A stretch of DNA of 64,000 bases, from NCBI RefSeq assembly GCF_009914755.1, contig NC_060934.1; one strand, given 5' to 3'. Every line of letters begins with the position of its first letter. Positions within the stretch are counted from its first letter, which is position 1. Origin of the DNA: the human T2T-CHM13v2.0 reference genome, Homo sapiens. Made by a program: the position numbers and the translations under genes. Below, one piece after another: positions 1 to 19,169 of the stretch. The notes beneath the pieces were generated by a model. It had not been told where the DNA came from. It did no database searches and worked only from the letters and a program-made list of their open reading frames with translations.

Positions 1-19
1 TTTATTTTTAAACTCTTAA

Positions 20-330
<311 letters not shown>

Positions 331-479
331 TTGTTATTATTTTTTAATAATCAACACTTATATAGATTTAACAACATGGAATAAAAACTCTACCCCTATT
401 CCCTGTCTTCTTTTTCAGCTTTTTTTTTTTTCTTCAGTGCAGTTATCGCCATTTACCAGGTTGTATGTAACAAAGCACA

Positions 480-570
480 GGCTTTGTTTTATTCTTTCTG
501 GCACCCCCGGCAGATAGAACAATGCCTACCACATAGGAGAGAGTGCTCAATAGATATTTGTTGAGTGACT
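480..570 (+). mobile_element. L2 3'-end fragment
   Basis: CACATAGG...GTGCTCAATAGATATTTGTTGAGTGA resembles the L2 3' terminus. Confidence 0.6.
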
Positions 571-689
571 ATTTTACCAATTCAGTTGATTTATTGCTTC
601 CTCTATTCACTCTTTTAAGTTTCGATTTCTGCCAAGTACACTATTAATTTTGTACATCTTTCAGTGATTATTTAGATGTAGGAATTTTA

Positions 690-2450
690 TAACTTTATTT
701 GAAAATATCTTTACTTTGGCTTTCTTGCTGAAGGCTAAGTATAGTTTAGCTGGGTATAGAATTCTAGCTGATAGCTATTTTTCTCTGAACACTTTGAAGA
801 TACTATTCTGTTATGAACTGGATTGTTTCTTCCTAAAATTTATATGTTGAAGCCCTAGCTTCAGGGAGGTAATTAAGTTTAGATGAGGCCATAACGGTGG
901 AGCCCTGATCCAGTAGTACTAGTGTCTTTATAAGAAGCAGAAGAGACACCAGAGGTTTATCTCTTTCTATGCAAGCATAGAGGAAAGAAAGGCCATGTGA
1001 GGACACAGCAAGAAGGCAGCCATCTACAATCCAAGAGCCCTCATCAGAAACCAAATTTTCTTTAACATTGATCATGGACTTCTAGCATCCAGAACTGTGA
1101 GTAAATGGACTTCTAGCTTCCAGAACTGTTTGTTCCTTAAGCCACCCAGTCTGTGGTGTTTTGTTGTGGCAGCCCCAACAGACTAATACAGATTTTGTTG
1201 TCTTCTGGAATTTGCTGTTACTGGTAAGAAGTTTGCTGTATGTCTTTCATTCCTTTGAGGATAATCTTTTCTATTTGCTTTAAAGATGTTTTTTCTCCTT
1301 TCAGGTTTTTCATTATAATATTACATATCAATGTGTGGATTTGTTTTATTTAAAATACTTAGGTCTAAATGACTTTATTCAGTCTAAGAATTCATGTATT
1401 TATTTATTTTTCCCCAGTTCTGGAAAATCCTCAGCTGTTCTCTTTTTGATTATTGTCATATTCTATTTCTCTTTATTCTTTTCTGGAATTCCTATTAGAA
1501 TGTGTGATGGATCTTATTATGTCCTCCTAGCAATTTATCTTTATTTTATATATTCCATCTCTTTATCTCCCCATGCTGAGCTCTGGATCATTTTTTTCAG
1601 TTTTAGCCTATGATTCACAAATTCTCCTTTCAGTTGTATCTTATATTCTGTTGAGCCCATCCATCATATTTTAATTTTGAAGACTGTTTTTTAAGATGTT
1701 CTATTTATTCTTTTTAAAAATGTTTCCCCCATTGTGTCTTATTTCCTAATGGTTCCTATGCCTTTTTAACTTGTTTCAGATTTAAAAAATAACATTCAGT
1801 TCTACTTGATTAGCTGACTCTTTTCATAGTGATTTGTTTCCTTGTGTGGTTTATAATTTTTATTTTGTTTTTTTAACTGTGAGTTTATATTTGTTAAGAG
1901 GTGTGTCACAGGTCTTGGGTTCTGGAAGGATCACTATTTTTGAAAATTAGGAGTTTCATAGATCTAATACCAGTTTTATGCAATTTTTCAGCTTGGAGTT
2001 CAAATACCATGACTTTACACACACTAATAGAACAGGCTTGGGGTTTTTGTTTCTTGCAGAAGGCCTTTTTTTTTTTCTGCCCAGAGGCATGAGAAACAGC
2101 ATGCCTCCTGGACTAGTAGAGTTTCTTTTGTCCCCCTTTTTATATATTGGGTAGCCCTTAGATATCCAGCTTTATGCAGAGCTCTTAGTTCCAGTTCCCC
2201 ATACTGTGTGAATTCAAAGCAGCATGTCCTATCCCTCTGAAGGCATTAAACACCCAGATCCTAGGGCTTATATCCAGGTCTGATATTGCCATGGGCTCCT
2301 GTGGTATAGGCTTTGATTTTAGTCTTCTTTTCCCACTTACTTGGTAATTTCTTTCTCTCTCTCTCAATGCTCTTCTATGTACTAAGATTTTAGGGGAGAG
2401 TTATGTTTTATCCAGATTTCTTTAAGAGTGTTGTGATATAGGTTATACAG
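690..2450 (-). mobile_element. Ancient L1M/HAL1-type ORF1/5' region relic, split by an MLT1 LTR
   Basis: T-rich diverged antisense L1 ORF1-like text (GCTGGGTATAGAATTCTAG...CACTTTGAAGATA) resuming after 1190; boundaries approximate. Confidence 0.55.
809..1190 (+). mobile_element. MLT1A-family MaLR solo LTR
   Basis: TG...CA termini (TGTTATGAACTG...GACTAATACA); GGCCATGTGAGGACACAGCAAGAAGGCAGCCATCT and TAAGCCACCCAGTCTGTGG motifs; internal 25-bp duplication at 1074-1098/1105-1129. Confidence 0.88.
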
Positions 2451-2489
2451 TGTAATCTGCTGTGTTGCTAGAGCTTAATTGAAGTTTGA

Positions 2490-2925
2490 AATCTCTCACT
2501 AAAGGGGTGAGTGATATCCTAATTGCCAAGCCCAGTGGAATGATCTCATTTCTAACCTTTCTGAACCCATGGCCACTACATTTGGGCCTGTTGGTCAGTC
2601 ACTCATGTTTTAAAACTCCCCACTGCTTTGGCATCATTTTCCTGGCTCATCGAGTACCTTTCTTCTCACTCCTTTTCTGTCATCTTCATAGGCCCTTCTT
2701 CTTCCCCTCCCCTCAATGTTGGTATTACCAAGAGTCCTTAGCTCTCTGTCAGTTTCACACTTGTACTCTGTAATCTTATCCACCCTGGGGCTTCAGTTAT
2801 TAGTATGCACTGATGAGTCTTTACCTGAGCCAAGGTTTCTTCCAGGACTTCCAGACTCAGGTGTTTAACTGTCCTGCTAGACATATTCCCTGAAGTCCCT
2901 TCAGGCACCTCATATTTAAAACTGC
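2490..2925 (+). mobile_element. L2 fragment (5' part, interrupted by MSTA)
   Basis: Diverged L2 ORF2-like text ending CAGGCACCTCATATTTAAA; continues at 11729. Confidence 0.7.
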
Positions 2926-3333
2926 TGTATTAGTCCATTCTCACACTGCTATAAAGAAATACCGGAGACTGGGTAATTTATAAAGAAAAGAGGTTTAATT
3001 GGCTCACTAATCACTGTTCTGCAGGCTGTAGAGGAAGCATGGCAGCTTCTGCTTCTGGGGAGGCTACAGGAAGCTTCCAATCATGGTGGAAGGCAAAGGA
3101 GGTGCCAGCACTTCACATGGCTGGAAGCAGGAGGAAGAGAGAGAAGGGAGAGTTGCCACACACTTTCAAATGACCATATCTCATGAGAACTCACTATGGC
3201 GACCAAGGGAGGTGATGCTAAACTATTAGAAACCACCCCTATGATCCAAGGACTTCCTACCAGGCCCTGCCTACAGCATTTGAGATTATAATTCATGAGA
3301 TATTGGGTGGGGACAAATATCCAAACCATATCA
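2926..3333 (-). mobile_element. MSTA MaLR 3' LTR
   Basis: TGTATTAGTCC...CCAAACCATATCA is the reverse complement of an MSTA LTR; homologous to 11322-11728; ATTAAA poly(A) signal on the minus strand at 2994-2999. Confidence 0.93.
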
Positions 3334-3659
3334 TTCTGCCCCTGGCCCCTTCAAAATCTCATGTCCTTCTCACATTTTGAAATACAATCATGCCTTCCCA
3401 ACAGTCCCCTAAAGTCTTAACTCATTCCAGCATTTACTTAAAAGTCCATAATCCAGAGTCTCATTTGAGACAAGGCTAGTCTCTTCTGCCTATGAGCCTG
3501 TAAAATAAAAACAAATTATTTACTTCCAAGACAGAATAGGGGTATAGGCATTGGGTAAATACTCCTATTCCAAAAGGGAGAAATCTGCCGAAAGAAAGGG
3601 GCTGCAGGCCCCAGTGCAAGTTTGAAACACAGAAGGGCAGTCATTAAATCTTAAAGCTC
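3334..3659 (-). mobile_element. MSTA internal region, 3' part
   Basis: TTCTGCCCCTGGCCCC (reverse complement of the polypurine tract) abuts the LTR; internal sequence runs to the L1 target site. Confidence 0.9.
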
Positions 3660-4207
3660 AGGATGGCCAAATAGGAACAGCTCCAGTCTGTAGCTCCCAG
3701 CGAGATTGATGCAGAAGGCGAGTGATTTCTGCATTTCCAACTGAGGTACCTTGTTTGTCTCATTGGGACTGATTAGACAGTGGGTGCAGCCCAAGGAGGG
3801 TGAGCCGAAGCAGGAGGGGGCATCACCTCACCTGGAGAGTGCAAGGGGTTGGGGAACTCCCCCTCCTAGCCAAAGGAAGGCATTAGGGACTGTATCATGC
3901 ACTCCGGCCCAGATACTGAGCTTTTCCCGCAGTTTTCACAACCCACAGACCAGGAGATTTACTCTGGTGCCCACACCACCAGGGCCCTGGGTTTCCAGCA
4001 CAAAACTGGGCGGCCGTTTGGGCAGACACTGAGCTAGCCACAGGAGTTTTTTTTTTTTTTTCACTCCTCAGTGGCGCCTGGAATGCCAGTGAGACAGAAC
4101 CATTCACTCCCCTGAAAAGTGGGCTGAAGCCAGAGAGCCAAGTGTCTGGCTTGGCGGGTCCCACCCCCATGAAAGCCCAGCAAGCTAAGATCCACTGGCT
4201 TGAAATT

Positions 4208-4279
4208 CTAGCTGCTAGCACAGCAGTCTGAGCCTGACCTGGGACACTCAAGCTTAGTGGGAGGAGGGGCATCCACCAT
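4208..4279 (-). pseudogene. L1 ORF0 remnant, truncated to 23 aa (MVDAPPPTKLECPRSGSDCCASS*)
   Basis: Antisense ATG in GCAATGG context in the L1 5'UTR; APPP and SDCCAS match the primate ORF0 N-terminus as I recall it; premature TAG. Confidence 0.65.
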
Positions 4280-5002
4280 TGCTGAGGCTTGAATAGGTGG
4301 TTTTGCCCTCACAGTGTAAACAAAGCCACCAGGAAGTTCGAACTGGGCAAAGCCCACCACACCTCAGCAAGGCCACTGCTGCCAGACTGCCTCTCCAGAT
4401 TCCCTCCTCTCTGGGCAGGGCATCTCTCAAAAAAAGGCAGTAGCCCCAGTCAGGGACTTATAGATAAAACCCCCACCTCCCTGCAACAGGGCACCTGGGG
4501 GAAGGGGCAGTTGGGGGGTGCAGCTTCAGCAGACTTAAATGTCCCTGCCTGGCAGCTCTGAAGAGAGCAGCAGATCTCCCAGCACAGCGTTGGAGCTCTG
4601 ATAAGGGACAGACTGCCTCCTCAAGTGGGCCCCTGACCTCCGTGTATCCTGACCAGGAGACACCTCCCAGTAGGGGCCAAAAGACACTTCATACAGGAGA
4701 GCTCTGTTTGGCATCTGGCAGGTGCTCAGTAAGGCCACTGCAGCCAGTGGGACGAAGCTTCCAGAGGAAGGAACAGGCAGCAATCTTTGCTGTTCTGCAG
4801 CCTCTGACAGTGATACCCAGGCAAACAGGGTCTGGAGTGGACCTCCAGCAAACTCCAGCACACTTGCAGCAGAGGGGCCTGTTAGAAGGAATACTAACAA
4901 TCAGAAAGGAATAGTATCAACATCAACAAAAAGGATGTCCACTCAAAGACCCCAGCCGAAGGTCACCGACTTCAAAGACCAAAGGTAGATAAATCCATGA
5001 AG

Positions 5003-6027
5003 ATGGGGAGAAACCAGTGCAAAAAGGCTGAAAATTCCAAAATCCAGAATGCTTCTTCTCTTCAAAAGGATCACAACTCCTCTCCAGCAAGGAAACAAAA
5101 CTGGATGGAGAATGAGTTTGATGAGCTGACAGAAGAAGGCTTCAGAAGGTGGGTAATAATAAACTCCTCCCAGCTAAAGGAGCATGTTTTAACCCAATGC
5201 AAGGAAGCTAAGACCCTTGAGAAAAAGGTTAGACGAATTGCTAACTAGAATAACCAGTATAGAGAAGAACATATATGACCTGATGGAGCTGAAAAACACA
5301 GCACGAGAACTTCGTGAAGCATACACAAGTATCAATAGCCGAATCGATCAAGTGGAAGAAAGGATATCAGAGATTGAAGATCAACTCAATGAAATAAAGT
5401 GAGAAGACAAGATTAGAGAAAAAAAGAGGGAAAAGAAATGAACAAAGCCTCCAAGAAATATGGTAATATGTGAAAAGACCAAATGTACATTGATTGGTAT
5501 ACCTGAAAGTAACGGGGAGGATGGAACCAAGTTGGAAAACAGTATTCAGGATATTATCCAGGAGAACTTCTCCAACCTAGTAAGGCAGGCCAACATTCAA
5601 TTCGGAAATACAGAGAACACCGCGAAGATACTCCTGGAGAAGAGCAACCCCAAGACACATAATTGTCAGATTCACCAAGGTTGAAATGAAGGTAAAAATA
5701 TTAAGGGCAGCCAGAGAGAAAGGTCGGGTTACCCACAAAGGGAAGCCTATCACACTAACAGCAGATCTCTCAGCGGAAACTGTACAAGCCAGAAGAGAGT
5801 GGGGGCCAATATTCAACATTCTTAAAGAAAAGAATTTTCAACCTAGAATTTCATATCCAGCTAAACTAAGCTTCATAAGGGAAGGAGAAATAAAACCGTT
5901 TACAGACAAGCAAATGCTGAGAGATTTTGTTACCACTAGGCGTGCCTTACAAGACTCCCTGAAGGAAGCATTAAACATGGAAAGGATCAACTAGTACCAG
6001 CCACTGCAAAAACATACCAAATTGTAA
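5003..6027 (+). pseudogene. L1 ORF1p (RNA-binding chaperone), disrupted
   Basis: MGRNQCKKAENSK start, coiled-coil and C-terminal fragments (ORFs 4997-5248, 5217-5402, 5686-5994); frameshifts and stops, e.g. TGA at 5400. Confidence 0.93.
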
Positions 6028-6090
6028 AGACCATGGATGCTATGAAGAAACTGCATCAACTAACAGGCAAAATAACCAGCTAGCATCATA

Positions 6091-9817
<3,727 letters not shown>

Positions 9818-10040
9818 ACAATGAGAACACATGGGCACAGGGAGGGGAACATCACACACCAGGGCCTTTTAGGGGGTGGGGGGCTAGGGGAGGGATAGCA
9901 TTAGGAGAAATACCTAATGTAGATGATGGGTTGATGGGTGCAGCAAACCACCATGGCATGTGTATACCTGTGTAATAAACCTGCACATTCTGTACATGTA
10001 CCCCAGAAATTTATATATATTAAAAAATATCTTAAAGCTC

Positions 10041-11321
10041 CAAGATAGTATTCTTTGACTCCCTGTCTCACATCCAGGACACACTGATGTGAGGGGTGGG
10101 CTCCCAAAGTCTTGGGCAGTTCTGCCCCTGTGACTTTGTAGGGTTCAGCTCCCACAGCTACTGGGGCTGGCATTGAGTATCTGCAGCTTTTTCAGGGGCA
10201 GGGGGGAAGCTCTTGCTGGATCTACTGTTCTGGGTTCTTGAGAATGGTAGCCCTCTTCTCACAGCTCCACTAAGCAGTGCCCCACTGGGGACTCTGTGTG
10301 GGGGCTCCAACTTCACATATCCCCTTTGCACTGCCCTAGTAGAGGTTCTCCATGAGGGCTCCATCCCTGCAGCAGGCTTCTGCCTGGACATCCAGGCTTT
10401 TGCATATATGCTCTGAAATCTAGGTGGAGTCTCCCAAGCCCCAGCTCTTGCATTCTGTGCACCCACAGGCTTAACACCACTTTGAAACTGCCAAGGCTTA
10501 TGGCTTGCGGCCTCTGAAGCAGTGGCCCAAGCTGTCCCTGGGCCCTTTTTAGCCATGACTGGAGCTGGAGTGGCTGGGATACAGGGAGCAGTGTCCTGAG
10601 GCTGGGCAGGGTAGCAGGGGGCCTTGGGCATGGCCCACGAAACTATTCTGACCTCCTAGGCCTCCAGGACTGTGATGGAAGGGGCTGCCACAAAGGCCTC
10701 TGAAATGCTTTCAAGGCATTTCCCCCATTGTTTTGGTGATTAGCAATTGCCTTCCCTTTAGTTATGCAAATTTCTGCAGCCTGCTTGAATTTCTCCCCTG
10801 AAAATGGGCTTTTCTTTTTTACTACATGGCCGGGCTGCAAATTTTCTGAACTTTTATGCTCTGCTTTCCCTTTAAATATAAGTTCCTAGTTTACATCATT
10901 TCTTTGCTCGTGCATATAAGCATAGGTTGTTAGAAGCAGCCAGGCCATACTGAACACTTTGCTTCTTAGAAATTTCATCTGTCAGATACCCTAAATCATC
11001 ACTCTCAACATCCTTAGGGCAGGCTCTTTGTACTCAAGCTCTTTGCTAAAGCATCACAAAAGCAACTGCTCCAGTTCTCAATAAGTTTCTCATTTCCACC
11101 TGGGAACTTCTCAGCCTGGACTTCATTGTCCATATAACTATCAGCATTTAGGTCACAACAATTTAACAAGTCTTTAGGAAGTTCCAAATTTTCTCTTATC
11201 TTTCTGTCTTCTTCTGATCCCTCCACACTCTCCCAACCTCTGGCTGTTACCCAGTTCCACAGTTGCTCCCACATTTTCAGGTATCTTTATGGCAATGCCC
11301 TGCTGCTTGGCACCAATTTTC
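10041..11321 (-). mobile_element. MSTA internal region, 5' part, with MaLR ORF remnants
   Basis: Continues internal sequence after the L1 TSD; ORFs 10158-10631 and 11014-11274 (minus) resemble the decayed MaLR internal ORF. Confidence 0.9.
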
Positions 11322-11728
11322 TGTATTGGTCCATTTTCATGCTGCTATAAAGAAATACCTGAGACTGGGTAATTTACAAGAAAAGAGGTTTAATTGGCTC
11401 ACAGTTCTGCAGGCTGTACAGGAAGCACAGCAGCTTCCATTTCTGGGGAGGCTTCAGGAACCTTCCAATCATAGTGCAAGGCAAAGGAGGAGCCAGAATT
11501 TCACATGGCTGGGAGCAGAAGGAAGAGAGAGAGAAGGGGTAGCTGCTACATACTTCTAAATGATCAACTCTCATGAGAACTCATTCACTATTGTGACCAA
11601 GGAAGACGGTGCTAAACCATTAAAAACCGTCCCCATGATCCAATCATGTCCTATCAGGCCTCACCTCCAGTATTGGGGATTACAATTCAACATGAGATTT
11701 AGTGGTGACAAATATCCAAACTCTATCA
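11322..11728 (-). mobile_element. MSTA MaLR 5' LTR
   Basis: TGTATTGGTCC...CCAAACTCTATCA, a direct-repeat homolog of 2926-3333. Confidence 0.93.
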
Positions 11729-12645
11729 ACCTCTAATGCTGACCTCACTGCCTTTCCTCCTGCCCACCATCAGCTTTCTCCTCCTCTTGTATTTTTTTCA
11801 ATTGCTGTCACCCATCCGTCAGTTCTCATCAACTTCTCTTTCTCCTTCCCCAGTCTCACATTGCACCAAATCAGTCATTAAGTCCCAATTTTACCACCTA
11901 AACAGTTCTTGAATTAGTCTCCTCTTCATCCCCACTCGAGGTGTTCTGGTTCAGGCTGTCCTCCTGTTTTAGCAGGCCTATGGTTGATGCCTCCCTGCCT
12001 CTTCTGCCCTCAGTTGTGTCTCCCACACAGTTCCTTGATGACAGACTTGATGTGGTCATTCCCCTTCCCAGCCCCCCCATAGGGACTGTCCTTCCTCTCT
12101 GGGAGGAAGTCTCATGTCCTTCACGTGGTTCGCAAGGACCTGTGTGATCTGTTTTTCGCCTGTTCTTCCCTGCCCTCATTCAGACTTTACTCTAAGACAA
12201 TATGGGCTGCTTTTTCCCACAGCTAGCCCCTTCCCCTGCCACCCCCTGCTCCCCATAGGCCTTTTATTGCTTCTGTGCTTTTACTCATGATGTTCCCTAG
12301 GCTAGGAGCTGCCTGCATCTTCACTTGACTGGCCAGTTTCTACTCATTCCTCATGGCATATTGCTTGAGTAACCTCTGCTAGGAATCGTCTCCTTATTCT
12401 ACCTCCCCCCTAGAAAAAACTGGCTTACGTGTTCCTCTCCTGTGTTTCTACTGCTCTCCATGTATGTGTCTATCATTCTAAGCCTTTTTTTGTGTCTTTT
12501 TCCCCATACAATAACATGACCACCTTCAGGAAAGGAATTATGTTTTACTCAATTTGTATTTTGAGGACACAGCCTGGTGCATGGTGGGTGCTCAGTGAAT
12601 GTTTAGGTGGATGTGTGGATGGGTAGATGAGTGAATGAATAAATG
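11729..12645 (+). mobile_element. L2 fragment (3' part)
   Basis: Pyrimidine-rich L2 text ending GCCTGGTGCATGGTGGGTGCTCAGTGAATG...GAATGAAT. Confidence 0.7.
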
Positions 12646-12799
12646 CAGAAATCATTCAGAGAATAGGAGTTTTGTTGGGCTAGTGAGGTCTGGGGTGGTC
12701 TCTTGAAGAAGGCAGCGTGTGGTTTAGGCTGTGAAGGATTTGGCATGGGGTGGTGAAAGATATATGAGACAGAAAAACTAAACTGTGGGTAATTTTTTG

Positions 12800-12975
12800 T
12801 CTCCTTTTGGGTGCTTTGCAAGTCACTGACTGTAGCAGCAGGCAACTAATGGCCAACAGCATTCTGACAGTGCTTGCTGACAGGCGATAATGAGATTAGT
12901 GCCTTTTGATTCCATTATTAACAAGTAGCCAAAGAATCATTTGGACATGTCAGGAGCTAATGATAGGAATTAAGG
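12800..12975. promoter_or_regulatory. Candidate homeodomain/TALE enhancer element
   Basis: TGACAG at 12865 and 12878; TAATGAGATTA (P3 site) at 12888-12898; further TAAT cores in unique sequence. Confidence 0.35.
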
Positions 12976-13064
12976 GTCCCTCTAACTTTGGGGCAGCAGT
13001 TCAGGTACCTGATGCTTTGAAGACTAATTGCAGACATTTTTTCCTAAATGTTTTAAAATAAATG

Positions 13065-13728
13065 TTTTTGCTGACATAGAACATACATCCAAAAAAGTGC
13101 ACAAATCCGAAGTGTCCAGCTCGATTAATTATCACAAAGTGAACACAGCAGTGTCATCACTATTCAGGTTAGGATATAGAATATTCCTGGCACCCAGAAC
13201 CAGAGACCTCTCCTCTTGCTGGTCCCAGTCACCGCTTGTACCCTTTCTCTCACCAAGGGCAGCTGCACACTGTCCTGTCCTCTAGCAGCAGAAGTTAGTT
13301 TTGCCCCTGTTAAAACTTTGTGTAAATGGAATCATATAGCATATTGCTCAAAATGTCCTTGCTTCATTTGTTCAACACAATATCTGTTGGATTTATCCAT
13401 GTTAATGTAGCAATGGTTTGGGCATTCTCATTGCTATACAGTGTCCCATTGTTTGGATATGCAAAATTTTAAAAAGCTAATCTGGAAATTTGGGTTGTTT
13501 GCAGTTTTTGGTTATTTTGAATAATGTTGTTATGAACATTCTTGTCTGTCTTTTGGTGAATGTACCCATGTCCATTGGGTACATGCTGAGGAGCGGAATT
13601 ACTGGGTCATAAAGTATGTGCATGGTCAGTGTTAGTAGATACCACTCAACAGTTTTCCAAAGTAGTTCTGTCAATTTGTGTTTTTACCAACAGGGATGAA
13701 ACTTCTACTTATGTCATACACTTGGCAC
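13065..13728 (-). mobile_element. L1ME-type 3' fragment
   Basis: AAAAGTGCACAAATC...CACAAAGTGAACAC and antisense ORF2-end remnant (ORF 13477-13674). Confidence 0.8.
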
Positions 13729-13744
13729 TATTTATTTATTTATT

Positions 13745-15255
<1,511 letters not shown>

Positions 15256-15734
15256 CCAGTATTTATATTTCATCTATAATAAAATCTCATTCATTTGGAT
15301 TCCATCAATATAGAACTTGGTATGCATTTAGGCTAAACAGAAATTTACATTCATAGTAGCTTTTGGTAGTGGGTTGAAAAGGATATTCACAATGCATTAT
15401 AATATCCAGGGTTGTGTTTTTTTGTTTGTTTGTTTTTGTTTTTGTTTTTTTTCTGTTTCAGGGAACCTATTGAGTATTCTAGAGGCTTCTTAAAAGAAAT
15501 AATATGCCGAGAAAAATGCATTGTTATCTTTTAATTGAAGTCTTTAAATGCATGTATTTAACAGCACTTTGCTAACCCATCTTTTATATACATGTAATCC
15601 AGAAAACTGTATTTAAAAGGCTGTGTATTATAAAATGGATAGACTAAATGGCATATCTTTATTCTCTAATGGGATACTGTGGTCCTCTGTCCGTGGCTCT
15701 ATGAGGGTTGCTGCGACTATGGCAGTTGATGACG

Positions 15735-15860
15735 TACTGGTCAAATCTTTAGATAACTTGAACCTGGAAAGAATCTAGAATCAGTAACTTTGAATGACAG
15801 AATTGGGATCCAAAGATACTGTGAGAAGCTGGAAGATGGGTGGCCCCAATCTAACGTGAT
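15735..15860 (+). mobile_element. L3/CR1 RT fragment
   Basis: GAATGACAGAATTGGGATCCAAAGAT...AGCTGGAAGATGGG resembles the CR1/L3 RT region. Confidence 0.45.
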
Positions 15861-17563
15861 AGAGTGCTGGTCCCTATGGATGGCCACCCTTCAGTAGAGT
15901 GCCTGTCGATCCCTGGTCCAATCAGCCAAGGTCGGGAGCATGACTGACTGGTTCCAGTGTGTCCCTTCAGGCTCACCCCTTCACTGGGACAGTGGGCAGA
16001 GCTGGAAACCTTAAAGAGGCAGTGCGTGATGGTTGTTTCTTGTACAACCCCTAAAATCTTGTGTCCAAGGCCTCTTTTTGCACAACTGAATGCTGGATAA
16101 AGAGAAATGATAAAGGATTCTTGCTTATATTTTCTTGGTGAAACTGGACCCTGTTTCCCTTTGATCTGGTTCTTTTGTTCACTGATAATCTCAAGGGGGC
16201 ACCATGCTTCACCTGCTGTGAAGCCAGCAAGATCTGAGAGAAGGAAGGTTGAATGAGGTTACAAGTGAGTTGTGGGATATCAGAGGTGTGAAGTGAGAGA
16301 GGTTTGTTACAATATAGAACAGAGTGCTGGAGCTGGGAGGAGGGAGGTGAGCAAGACACAGCAGGGAGGACTGGAGCAAAGGCAGAAAACAAGAGGACTT
16401 GGGAAATGTGCTACCATGACCTCCAGAAAGTGAAGGAATGGCCAAGAAAGAAAAGGGGCCAACGAGGGGCTTGTAGTCCTTTTGTCAAAAGCATGCTGGG
16501 TTGTATATGTTAAGTTGTGTAATTTTCCTTTCAGTCTAAGTCCAAAATGCATAGAAACTTCCCCACCCCTGCTGTATTCTTGCCTGGTCCATGTGAGTTC
16601 CTTCCCATTCACAGCCTTCTCTTCCCTATTTTGGGCATGCAGGTCTAACTCAATTGCGCTTTTTTGACTTTTAAAATATCCTAGCACTCTGTGAGTGGAG
16701 GTTTATTTATTTATTGTTTATCAGTTTCATTTTTTGAATAGGTAATACTCCCATATGATTTGAAAATTAAGAGAGATGAAAGATTATGAAAAGTTTTCCT
16801 CCCATTCTGTTCCCTATCTTCCCTGTTTCCATGACAACCCCTAAAGGTAACTATTACTAGTTTCTTTTGTATTTTTTCAGAGTTTCTAAAATTTTATATG
16901 TATAAGCAAGCATATTAAATATAGATTATGTCTTTGTCATTTATAAAAAAGATATCATTCTTTTCTTATTATTTGTGCCCTTGCTTTTTTGCATAACAAA
17001 AATACCTTCCCATTCCACACATAGAGAGCTTCCTCATTAAAATTTTATAGGTATATAGTGTTACATTTTATGGATTTATCCTAATTTGTTTATTCAATCC
17101 CTATTGATGGACATTGTGCTTGTTTTCTTCCATTCACTATTAGAGCTGTAGTGAGTTACCTTAAACTGTCATTTTTGAATGTTTGCAAGTATGTCTGTAG
17201 GATAAATTCCCAGAAATTGACTTATTGGGTCAAAGGGAATATGCATTTGTAATTTTGATAGAGATTGCCAAATTGTACTCCTCAGGAGCTGAACTAATTT
17301 GTACTCTCACCAGCAATGTTAGGGACATGCTTGTTTTTCCACCGCATCACCAACAGAGCATGTTATTAAACTTTTGGATTTGGGCCAATATGATAGGTAA
17401 AAGAATGTTTTCTTAGTGTTTAATTTGCATTTCTCTTATTATGAATGAGATTAAGTATTCTATTATATATTTAATAGGTGTTTGTATTTCCTTTTCTGTG
17501 AACTACATGATCATATCCTTTGCCCATTTTTCTTTGGGTTTTTGTCTTTCTAAAATTGTTTTT

Positions 17564-18414
<851 letters not shown>

Positions 18415-18823
18415 GGAAGCTGATTTTTATGCAATTGAATTCATTATCTTTTATCTTATGGGTTTTGGATTTTTCATTATGGTAAATGGAATTTCTGGCT
18501 TTCTTCTAGTACTTTTATGGTTTCCTTAAAAAAAAGTTTTGTTATTTGGAATTTAATTTGGTATATGACATCATCTGACTCAACTGTGAAAACAGTTGGG
18601 GAGTCAGATAGGAGATGAGGAGAAATGAACAAAAAGAAATCACAGTGCGGGACATGGAAGAGGAGTGAAAAGAGAATTAAAATGCTGGTAGGAGATGTGA
18701 GACTTGATAACAAATGCCTTGGAAGTTGGTAGCTATTATAATATATGGCATTTAATAATGCCTTAAATATTTTTTTTAAGACTTGAGATGTACCTAACTC
18801 CTAACTCTCACAATAAAATAGTC

Positions 18824-19117
18824 TTTTTTTTTTTTTTTTTTTTTGAGATGGAATCTTGCTGTCACCCAGGTTGGAGTGCAGTGGCATAATCTCATCTCAC
18901 TGCAATTCCGCCTCCCGGGTTCAAGTGGTTCTCCTGCCTCAGCCTCCTGCAGCTGGGATTACAGGTGTGCACCACCACACCCGGCAAATTTTTCTATTTT
19001 TAGTAGATGGGGTTTCACCATGTTGGCCAGGCTGATTTCAAACTCTTGACCATGTGATCTGCCCACCTCGGCCTCTCAAAGTGCTGGGATTACAGGCATG
19101 AGCCACCGCGCCAGGTC
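18824..19117 (-). mobile_element. AluS (Sg-like)
   Basis: T tail, GGGTTCAAG, short GACCATGTGATC form. Confidence 0.92.
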
Positions 19118-19169
19118 AGCAGTCATTTCTTTCTATAGTTTTGTGTTTTGTTTCTTAAAAGACAATCTG

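Noticed and set aside
10158-10631. 157-aa minus-strand ORF as a domesticated gene
   Set aside because: A piece of the decayed MaLR internal ORF, interrupted by stops and by the L1; no sign of selective retention.
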